Shown here piece by piece: positions 40,320 to 50,778 of a DNA stretch of 64,000 bases. The translations under genes were made by a program, and so were the position numbers. Under the pieces are notes generated by a model. The model was not told the origin of the DNA, searched no databases, and was given only the letters and a program-made list of their open reading frames with translations. This DNA is from Squalus acanthias. Lineage: Eukaryota. The stretch spans positions 6,820,001-6,884,000 of the forward strand of contig CM059453.1 of NCBI GenBank assembly GCA_030390025.1, written 5' to 3'. Every line of letters starts with the position of its first letter. Position 1 is the first letter of the stretch.

Positions 40320-40682
40320 TCAGAGAGTCATAGACTTATACAGCACATAAAGATGCCCTTCGGCCCATCGTGTCCGCGGGGGCCATCAAGCCCTGTCTAT
40401 TCTAATCCCATTTCCGAGCACTTGGTTCGTAGCCTTGTATGCTATGGCGTATCAAGTGCTCATCTAAATGCTTCTTGAATATTGTGAGGATTCCTGACTC
40501 TACCACTCCTTCAGGCAGTGAGTTCCAGATTCCAACCACCCTCTGGGTGAAAAAGTTTTTCCTCAAATCCCCTCAAAACTCCTGCCCCTTACCTTGAAAC
40601 TATGCCCCCTGGTTATTGACCACTTGACTAAGGGGAAAAGTTCCTTTCTATCTATGCCCCTCATAATTTTGTACACCTCAAT
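40320..40682 (-). mobile_element. Second CR1 3' fragment at the inner breakpoint of the right arm
   Basis: CR1 3' UTR hairpin and FFTQRVVGIWNSLP-like segment. Confidence 0.75.
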
Positions 40683-41362
40683 AAATCTTCAAAATTTCTG
40701 AGCTTGAGTGTGAATGTAAAGAGTTAAATATTTAGAAGAAAGGCTGTTTACCACAGCGTCAAACGGTTTACTGTCAAACAGCTCCTATCTGAAACGTCAC
40801 AGATGCATATTGGAGCGCTCCTTAAAGAAGGTGACGAAACCACACGTCTACAGACTGCAGCAAGCTAACTAACTGTAGTGACACCTCTACAACATTCAGC
40901 TCGTATTAGCTGCCAGAAAGCTGAAGATGTGTGAAATGTGAGGCAGAGGCGTCTGCAAGCGTGGGCGTTGCCATTCTGACACAGACGCCAATATATCAGT
41001 ATCATAAATAACAGTACATTTGGTGTTTGTGTGAGTTTGTACGAGAGAGAGAGATATTTTGTTTCTGTATTAAGTATTCTTTTGCAACGGTTAAGCATAC
41101 CATAACATCATATTCTGTATCAGGCGGTCACACGGAGCCCATGTACAAGATGTGCTAGCTGCCGACCTCACCAACGGAGCTGATTGAGTGAGCACTGTTC
41201 CAACACATCGGTAGCAACCGAATCGGACTTCCCCGACAGTCTGATGCTGATTAGCAAAGAAATCCAAGATGTGACTGGAAAGAAGAATGCTGAAATTTGA
41301 ATGGTGTAAATTGTGAATTTATTTCTTCATTTTGCGAGTGAAATCGACAGCATTTTCCAGCC

Positions 41363-41405
41363 ATGAGCAGTTGCGTGCTGCTGCCTCTCATAATGTTGAC
41401 AGAAG
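41363..41405 (+). CDS. Gene B exon 1, signal peptide
   Basis: gccATG, MSSCVLLPLIMLTE|gtacat. Confidence 0.85.
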
Positions 41406-42041
41406 GTACATTTCTGAGGTTTTTTTTACAATTTCTGCAAGTGATTTATATCTTGTGGGAAAGGAACAGCAAAATAACGAATATGAATGATTTTTTTGTT
41501 ATTGATTTCAGAACTTGTGAAATAGGTATTCCATGATTGTTTAACGCGTGTGTTGTTGTTGTTTGATAGCGTATACAGCCTATTGAAATAATATTTAAAT
41601 ACAGGGATTTTCAAATTATTTTTATTGTAAAGCACATTTAATAAAATTTACTTCATATTGATTGAGTGATTCAAGGGAGATTCAAGAGATGTTTAATATT
41701 TATTTTGATCATTATTTTAATGTATATTTAATGAGCATTTTAATGGGCGTTCTCTTACATGTTAGTGGATATGTATTCGGTTTTTAGCTGAGTATTAAAT
41801 ATGTATATTACCGGTTCATAAATCTCCTATCAAATAGGTATTCCTATGACCATTTCAATAGGTGTTGTGATTGGATTTTATTTAGTATTTTTTCTTGATT
41901 TTGAAAAGACCTTCACTGATATTATAATTGCTATTGTGAATGGCGATAATTTGTCAATTATCAAATACTTCAATGAATGATAATGATGCTGAAATGAATT
42001 TTGAATAGCTAATTAAAGGGTGTCTAACTTATTTTTCTCAG

Positions 42042-42428
42042 TTGTTTTTAGTGCTGCATCCTCTGTGAAGATACCAAAAGTTGTGTCGGCGGTGGCCGGT
42101 TCATGTGCAGAGATCCGGTGTACGTTTGATTTTGATTATCCAGACTATCGGGGAATCGTTGATATGACGTGGTTAAAGAGGGAACCTGGTCTTGGTAAGA
42201 CTGGCTTCTCCATTATATATGATCCTAAAGATCCACACAGGCAGCATAATAACTACCGTGGAAGAGCTGAGTTCAAGTGTAACATTGAAAAGAAACTATG
42301 TTCCCTCCTGCTAACGGCTATCAGGAAGAGTGATCAGGGTAAATACCAACTCAGAATCGAGATCGCTTCGGCCATATTTAATAATAGACCTCGGCCTCTG
42401 CATGCTGAGGTATTTCTTTCTGTTTTAG
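42042..42428 (+). CDS. Gene B exon 2, intact Siglec-type V-set domain with essential Arg
   Basis: GSCAEIRC (two B-strand Cys), W, CSL on the E strand, and DQGKYQLRIE with Arg and no F-strand Cys: the Siglec V-set signature. 387 nt. Confidence 0.92.
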
Positions 42429-44127
42429 GTGAGTTTTCCCTTTGTTCCTTTTGTACATTTTCACTCCAGTGCTTCAGTATGATTCAACCTATGTGCAAAG
42501 AAGGCCAAATATTATAATATCCCTGACCGATCTCAACCGGTAGTTGAAACATAAGGTGCAAGGATACTGATAAGTGTCGCAGATGTCTGATATCCGAAAC
42601 ACAGAAGTATATTGAAATTACAACAGTAAAACTGGCCGTTCGGCCATGAGACTCAGTGTGGCTGTTTGTCCTTAACATGAGCAACACTCCGAATCGCATG
42701 TGCCTGCTCAGTTCCCATATCCCTTTATTGCAATTCCCTTCCAACACCTGTCGAACCTATTCTGAAAATGTCCACATGAGGATAGATTAGTACTTGTTGA
42801 CTGAACCTAAAACTGACGTTGTTAGTCGTACATACAATACATTAACCAGCAGCTCATTATTTCCAATGAAATGAAAGGCAATTAAACTAGGTCGGTTGCT
42901 AGAGTGGGTGACTTATCTGGAGTGATAGATTTGACCAGGGCGGACATTTCAAATTCTACTTCAGTCTCCTTCTATCGCCTCTGTCCCGTTGCTTAATAAG
43001 TTTAAGCACCTCTGTCAAATCATCACAAAATCATTTTTAAACTCATAAGTTCTGCAATTTTTAAATATTTTCTTCTAATTTAAATGTTCTCATACCAGCA
43101 AGAAACTACGTGAATCCACCCTAAATCCTTCCTATAGACTGGAGCCCCATACCCGCATTCTTACTCCAACTGTGAAATAACTGCTGTTCGCGTTAGAATC
43201 TCCACTAATCTCGAATTTATATTATTGATCTCCTGGCATTAAACCCAGAGCTCCAGAAACATCTTCATACACTTTCCCACTGGAGGTGCTACTTTTACTG
43301 TCTCATGAACCTGACCCCAAATTCCTCTGCTCTTCCACTTCTCCCAGCTTCCTACGGTTCAAATGAACATCTACCACCTCATATTTTCCGAACTTTGAAT
43401 TATATCTGCCTCTTATGTCCCCATTCTACTATATATCCAGTAGCCGTTTGTAACTCCCTTTAGTTGTCTCGTTATTTCCTGGGAGTTGTACTTGCAAATT
43501 TGTCATGAGTGTCAAACTTGCGATATTGGATACGCCTCTCATTGTACAACCCGCCCAATTTTTCAGTTTGTTGGAATCTAATTAACTCCTAACGGGAAAT
43601 TTGGACATCATTCTATTTAGCGCCATCTCCAAGTTATTGATGCACCCAGTGAGTTGAAGCAATCCCACAGCACAACTCTTTGGGACACCGAACTCGGATC
43701 CAACTATTCTGAGCAACTGCAATTAACGGCGACTCACTGCATTCTCCCTTCTAAACTGTTTGTATTGCAACTTCTACCTTATCTTTAATTCCAAACCTAT
43801 TAATATCTTCTCCAATAATCTCCTGTGTTTACCGTCGGCAATGGCTTCCTGATTACATTTTAAGTTACTTTTTGGTGAAGCGTCTTTGGACATCGCGAGG
43901 ACATAAAAGGCGCTGAATTAATGCAGTCTTTGTTCCTGCCTTTCCCTATCCAGCGCTCAGTTATCCAGCTTTCAATTAGATCTTAATTAAAAAGTAGATG
44001 TTTCAGTAACGGGAAAATCAGGTTAAGTGATAATTTATTTGTTCATTCTAATCCCAAGGTAAACCATCACTCGCCCGCTCTAACATTGAAATGTACCTAA
44101 CACGCTGGCTTTCTCCCGTTTTAATAG

Positions 44128-44439
44128 AAACGCCACATATTTCAAGTTATGGCGTTCTGATCGCTGGAAAAACTGCACGACTGACCTGCTCCATCAGACA
44201 CAACTGCCCGAATGGCAACCTTCAACTGAATTGGATTAATTATAATGTGTCCCTTCCTCTTCAATGGGATATACAAGAAGGAGTAGGAATGATCAAAGAA
44301 CGTTCAGGTTCTCGGACAGTTTCATCCGTGCTGACCTTCACTCCATTATCTGCTCATCACGGGAAAATTCTGGGATGCACAATTCTAATTGATGGTATCC
44401 CAGCTCCTTCAGCACAAAATCTTATCTTGGAGATTAAAT
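44128..44439 (+). CDS. Gene B exon 3, C2-set domain (open)
   Basis: TPHISSYGVLIAGKTARLTCSIRHNCPNG..W..SVLTFTPLSAHHGKILGC; the HNCP Cys is the typical Siglec inter-domain partner. Confidence 0.92.
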
Positions 44440-45025
44440 GTAAGTGTCCGGTCTAAAGTAAACACACTTATCCTGTCGGCCAGCGGCCTCAAAATTTGCA
44501 CTTTTACCACAAGTAATTTATTACGTGTTAGAACTGCATCAAAGAATGCATCATGAAAAGCTCAGCCTCTGTACCAGTAGAGCTCACTTCGACAATCAAT
44601 GGTTCGGAATGGCTCTCATCTAATTCTTATTAGTCATATTTCATTAGAAACATTCATATGCATGAATCAATGATGGTGCCTCCAAGAGATTTTTTAATGT
44701 GACAGTTAATCTTTATTCTAAAAACTTACAGACAGGTTCTGAGTTTAGTCAATGATAAATGCAAGCACCAAGGCCATGCCGAGTGATGATCTGAAGCTAT
44801 GACACCAGATCTCAGCTCTGTTTGGGCATAATAAGAATTTAAGAATTAGGAACAGGACTCGGCCATACGGGCACTTCGAGCCAGCTGCGCCACATCGGCA
44901 ATCATGGCTAATCATCAAACTCAACTCCAAATTACCGCCCGATCCAAATACCCAATATAATGAATTACTTAGGAGATCAATTATTCGTATTCAGCAATCA
45001 CGTTTTTCTTTAACGCTTGCTTCAG

Positions 45026-45282
45026 ATGGATTGGAAATCCCAACCATCAACTCCTCTATAGTAAATGTGAAAGGAAGTTCATTATTATTGTACTGCACGG
45101 CCTGGGGGAAACCCCTGGTCAGTTTAAGATGGGTGAAAAATGGTGAAGAGACCAACAGGTCTTCCACTGGTGAACTGAAGCAGATATTACACAACATTCG
45201 TTTTGAAGACGCGGTGAATATTGATGCATAGCTGAAAATGCCCTGGGCACCACAAAACGTTCCACACAGATTTCAGTACATT
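45026..45282 (+). pseudogene. Gene B exon 4, C2/I-set domain; 1-nt deletion at ~45213 and TGG to TGA at 45222-45224
   Basis: 257 nt versus 258 nt in A; the shifted frame stops at TAG 45229-45231. Confidence 0.9.
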
Positions 45283-46208
45283 GTAAGTATGTATGCATTT
45301 TCAATTAGCTAGTAGCCTTTCATTTCAAGAATTCTGCATTAAATTCCAATTTTCTCTTGCCTGCTTGCTGGAAGGCGCCCATGTGCATGAGTTTGGGACA
45401 GTTTCACCCCTTCCCGCGGAAATAGCGGCAAACTACCTCGATGGCTCCAATAATGGAAACTAACCTGGCATCTCGCTCAGTATGACAGGAGTGGAATATG
45501 GCACAATGTCTCATAAATGCAGCAGACCTTACATTTATGAGGTTGCGACACAAGCACATTAACTGGGACCTTTATTCTACAACTAATTTTTCATAAATTA
45601 TACTCGTAGTCTGAAAGAGACAATTTTCCAATCCTTAGAACTGATTTGCAGCAATTTAATGAGCACAAATTCTTTCCAAAAAAATCTAATTAAATGGTGT
45701 TAAGCTAACTTCTGCTACTTGTATTAACGTTGAGTTAACAGTGTAATATTCTCGATACTTGGTTCTTTGAAGTGTCCCCTTGTTAGCCGGACGTTTATTG
45801 AAGAATCACGTCAGTCCACCACAAAGGAAGATGTTGAAAACAGTACACAAAGTGAAGACATTGACATGAATTGACCTTTTAAAACAGTGACGGGTGAGAC
45901 ACGTTTGTGTGTATATTATACATAAACAAATCTCTGAGCTAGCTCCATCTGAGGGCCCCTCACAACATCTGTCAGGAGATGTATTGATGGACTGAACACT
46001 CATTGTATTTAATATGGAATTGTTCCTAACGAGCTCACCTGTTATAAGTGAAAATATAAGAAGCCATGAACTGGTGAAACACAGCCTGCTTCATCTTAAA
46101 ATATAACAACCAGAACTATTATTGTTAGTTCAACTCATTACTTAATTGTATTTCGACACTACAACTGTTTTCATGATCATTTCCTATCGAAGTTTACATT
46201 TTTTTTAG

Positions 46209-46496
46209 ATAAAGCCACAATTTTAGCAGGCCCGACATGCACCAACTCTGAGAATTGGACGAATTGTAGCTGCCGGATCAGAGCCAATCCCCCGGGAAAC
46301 ATCACGTGGGACCTCAATGGGAGAATCCTCACTGGGGACATGTCAGATGTGGAAATCATCTGCTGGGCGGTGAATAGTCTCATCATGGAGAGCTCCCTGA
46401 GATTGACTCACCCAACTGGAACCGGAAACCTGATCTCATGTGTTGCAGCAAACGAGCACGGTGATTCTCTCAGTAAATACCAGCTCCACTCTAAGG
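46209..46496 (+). CDS. Gene B exon 5, membrane-proximal domain (open)
   Basis: KATILAGPTCTNSENWTNCSCRIRANPPGNITWDLNG...ISCVAANEHG; 288 nt. Confidence 0.9.
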
Positions 46497-47319
46497 GTAC
46501 GTGTTTGATTTGTCTGTAATTTAATACTATAAGGAGTTGGTCCATCACTGGTCAGTCACTTACTGAACATTGTTAGTTTCAGCAAATACCAGCTCCATTC
46601 AGCAGGTCCACACTGAATCTCTCTCGAATTCGTGTAAGGAGCTCTTTCCATCAGTTGTCAATCACCAACTGAAAGGTGCGGTCGGAATTATCCATTTAAA
46701 CTTTCAGTCTTCTGAAACTGGCTCGGTTTATATTTTTAGATATGATGGAATTATCTGAACACCAGAAGTAGCCATTGATCTTGGAAAACAAATTCTTCTG
46801 AATTAAGATAAACCCTTTAGCAAATCCAAATTACTCTTAATACATGATAACAAACTGCAATCTACCCTTTTGTATGTACATGCTCATTTCTATCTTGTTC
46901 AGACTCATTTAGGTATGTAATGCCGATATGTAATAAGCTATGTCAAACTGAATTATCTCTATAGATTATAAATCTTACCGCTGTAACTGGTGATCTTGGC
47001 GGGCCGGTATTCTGATTGGTTTATGCACACTGTTATTCCGAGGGTGGGTTGTCGCGTGAACTTAATTTTTCAATTATGATTTTTGCACCAGCGTATCTTA
47101 AATTATTTATTTCAAATTTACGCCAGGCCGCAACACAGGAATAAAATGCTGTTTTGCAATTATCATCAGGTTGAGACAAGCGGAGTGCCTAACTTTCCAT
47201 TAGCTTTCTGATCCGAACATAAAGGAAATTTGATACCTCGCACTCATAAATGTGCTTCGAATATTGTTGTTTAAATCCAATTCCCTAAGGTACAGCAATG
47301 TTTCTTCCCAATTTTTTAG

Positions 47320-47413
47320 GAATATTCTCCAGGACAATTCTTCTCATCATCAGAGGAGGAGCCACTGGGATTTTGTTACTAATTGCAGTCGTGCTCCTGC
47401 TGAAGATACAAAG
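47320..47413 (+). CDS. Gene B exon 6, transmembrane exon with intramembrane Arg
   Basis: ttttttag|GIFSRTILLIIRGGATGILLLIAVVLLLKIQ(R)|gtagga. Confidence 0.88.
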
Positions 47414-48519
47414 GTAGGAGTGATTCCTAATTACATAGAATGAAGTTTTAAAGGGGATCCTGCATCAGAAAGTCCGTGTATAAAAAGCTCGTTGAAATTA
47501 ATCTCCCGTGAGTAGAGTGAGCATCTGCCTGAATCGAAGCGGAAAGGAGGAGGGTCAATCGTCCCCTGACCAGTCGCTTGCATCTCCCAGCATCAGCTAA
47601 AGACCAATAATTGTGCCGACTTGAATGAGGCTATCTGTGCATTCTTCTTGTTATTTATTGCTGTTTTTTTCCTTATGTTTAAACTGAAATTTTTGGACTT
47701 CTGATCGCTGGCGCGCTATTTGAGAGGGATTGTTTTCACCTACCGTGTAATCTAGGAAAAATGCTCAGTATGCTCGAAGAATGAACAGAGAAAACCGTTC
47801 AGTGAGTTTCTGCTGCTGGCTTTACGGGGCACCCTCACACAAGCCTCCTTGCCATGTCAGGCTCCCAGCATAAAACTAAACCAGAATGATATTAAGTTCT
47901 AACAATCAAGCAAGACCAGCAAACTATAAAACAACAAACAAATAGTAAAGTTAACGTGACACATATGTTTACAGTAGTGATTCAGTTTGTTTGGCTCCTG
48001 GATTAGAATAATATATTTCAAAATTGGGTGTGACTGATGTGCTAAAGTATGATATAAACGTTTATTTATGTTGGGCTCGTTATCTTATTCTTACCAGTTA
48101 CTTAATCTATTTGGCCTGATCAGCTCTCACTGAAAGCTGTCGACAGAATCTCCGCTTATAATGGATAGGCTTATAATTAGCTTCAAGGAGGTGAATGGTT
48201 CCAAGTGAATTCCAATTATATCTATTCGGTTTACAATGTGCTGCAAACCAAAATTACTCTTCAACAAATCTCAAACGATGTTTACAATTGAAATCAGTGA
48301 CGGGCTCCTCAGGTTGGCGCCCTCCACAACAGCCAATGATTCGGCAACAAGCATAACTGGATGAGTTAGAACACTCTTGTGAGTGGTGCTCGATTATAAC
48401 ACTTCATGTACCATGACAATATTAAAGATGCCAATTCCATGCTAACTCATATATAAAATCTTCTTTCAGAGATACTGAGGAAGGATCTCAAAGTGGTTAA
48501 AGAGGAAAATTAATTTATT

Positions 48520-49325
48520 CCCCATTTCACACTCAAATTTTGATATATCTTAATGACTTGGCCTTGGGGACACAGGGCACATTTCGAACTTTGCAGATAA
48601 CACCGAACGTGGAAGTGTAGTGAACAGTGAGGAAGATAGTAATAGAGTTCATAGGGACAGACAGGCTGGTGGAATGGGTGGACACATGGCAGATGAAAGT
48701 CAACACAGAAAATTGTCAGGTGTTAGATTTGGGTAGGGAGAATGAGGAGAGACAACACATGCTAAATGGTACAATTTTAAAGGGGGTGCGGGAACAGACA
48801 AACGTGGGGCTGCTTGTGCACGACACTTTGTAATTGGCAGGACAGATTAACAAAGCAGTCAATAAAGATTATGGAAGCCCGGACTTTATAAATAGTTGCA
48901 CAGATTACAAAAGCCAGGAAGTTGTGCCAAACCTATAGAAAACATTGGTTCGGCCCCAGCTGGAGTATTCTGTCCAATTCTGGGCACCACACTATCGGAA
49001 GGAGGTGAAGGCTTTAGAGAGGGTGCAGAAGAGGTTTACTAGAATGGTTCCAGGGATGAGGGATTACAGTTATGTGGTTAGGCTGGAGAAGCAGGGGCTC
49101 TTCTCCTAAGAGCAGCGAAGGCTAAGAGGAGATATGATAGATTTGTTCAAAATCATGAAGGGTTTATATAAAGTAAATAACGATAAATTGATTACAATGC
49201 TTGAAATGTCGTTAACCAGAGGCAGAGGTTTAAGGCGATTGGCAAATGAACCAGAGGTGACATGAGGACAAACTTTATTTAAGCAAAGAGTGGTTAGCAT
49301 TTGAAATGCACTAACTCAAAGCGTT
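48520..49325 (+). mobile_element. CR1 RT/3' fragment, present only in the right arm
   Basis: FADNT, WVDTWQM, LVRPQLEYSVQFWAP, LERVQKRFTRMVPG; absent at the mirrored position ~20690. Confidence 0.85.
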
Positions 49326-49682
49326 ATGGATCTAGTAATCATAGATTGTAATGTGTTTGATCGTTGAAACTCTTCCATCTGCTACTTAATAAGGTGTTAA
49401 CATATTGAATGATCCTCCTATGTCCAACAGCACAATCAGCTTTCACCATGAGCAAGCAACACCGCGCCATTAACCAGCTTCATTCATAAAGACAACAATT
49501 CCCTTTTGAAATGTAGGCAGATGGAAATTGAAAAGAATTGGAGAGCGGACGTGGTCTGTGCTGATCAGAAAACGTAAAAGTCATAGGTCTCTCCTGACCT
49601 ACGAATGTCCTTCACAGTATACATTAAGTAAACATTCCAGTTAACTATGAAATGTGCATCATTTTTACTTACTATTTTTTAG

Positions 49683-49761
49683 GAAGAAGAGCAGTGAGAC
49701 TGCATGTGTGCCGAAAACGGCTAGCGGTGCGATGGTGTACACTGAGGTTCTAAACGGTGAG
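49683..49761 (+). CDS. Gene B exon 7, first cytoplasmic exon (MVYTEV, imperfect ITIM)
   Basis: ttttttag|G KKSSETACVPKTASGAMVYTEVLNGE|gtaagt. Confidence 0.85.
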
Positions 49762-50069
49762 GTAAGTGAAGCCAAGCTGGAGTGACAATTGTAGGATATT
49801 TGGTGTGTTTTGTAGTCGGTGGATTTATTATAAATCTATGAATCCCGTAAGCTTTTTAACAGCCTCAGCAACTTCGTCTGATAAAAATTTGGAAGTTATT
49901 TATTTCTTGCATCAAGACCTCAAGACGCATATCTCATGAATGAGCGCCATTAGAAAATTACCACAGATTAAATAGTTAGCTGTGCTCTGGTGCAGACAGC
50001 GCACTCCCAACGTGTTCATCTCTAAATCTGCAATAGCGCCACATCTAACACGAATGTCTTTCGTTACAG

Positions 50070-50217
50070 AGGGAGGATCACGTGAGCCCCGCGATGGATG
50101 CAACCAGCTCAGAATGAAGAGATTGTGTACGTGACTGTCAATGTCTCACACACCCGCAATCATGAACCATTTAGCCCAAATGAGAAGACGAGCGATTATG
50201 CACAAATTAAACAGAAG
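50070..50217 (+). pseudogene. Gene B exon 8; a 17-nt deletion shifts IVYVTV and SDYAQI out of frame
   Basis: Spliced frame reads REDHVSPAMDATSSE* (TGA 50115-50117); the ancestral frame QPAQNEEIVYVTV...TSDYAQIKQK is still visible. Confidence 0.85.
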
Positions 50218-50778
50218 AACAGAAGAAATAGGAGCAGGAGAAGGCCATTCCGTCCCTGGAGCCTGCTCCGCCATTCAATAAATCATGGCTGATCTGATAT
50301 TGGCCTCAACTGCACTTTCCCGCTCTCTCCCCATAACCGTTCACTCCCCTGTAGCTCAAATATCTGTCTATCTCCTCCTTCAATATATTCAATGACTCCA
50401 CCTCCACAGCTCTCTGGGATAGATAATTCCAAAGATTCATGGCTCGCTGAGAGAAGTAATTCCTCCTCATTTCCGTTTTAAATGGGCGAGCCCTTATTCT
50501 GAAACTATGCCCCCTAGTTCTAGATTCCCCGACGAGGTGAAACATCATCTATGCATCTACACTCTCAAGCCCCCTCAGAATCTGATATGTTTCAATAAGA
50601 TCACCTCTCATTCTTCTAAAATCCAATGAGTATAGGCCCAACCTGCTCAGCCTTTCCTCATAAGACAACCCCTTCATCCCAGGAATCACCCTAGTAAATC
50701 ATCTCTGAACTGACTCCAATGCAAGTATATCCCTCCTGAAATAAGGAGACCAAAACTGTACGCAGTACTCCAGTACTT
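50218..50778 (-). mobile_element. CR1 3' fragment inserted just before the ancestral stop codon of gene B
   Basis: ESRTRGHSFRIRARPFKTEMRRNYFSQR..NLWN; flanks rejoin as AAG|...|aagTGAaagttaac, matching gene A. Confidence 0.88.

Noticed and set aside
42042-42428. Rearranging Ig/TCR/IgNAR V segment
   Set aside because: No F-strand YxC, no recombination signal seen, and the exon ends in a splice donor; cysteine topology is Siglec-type.
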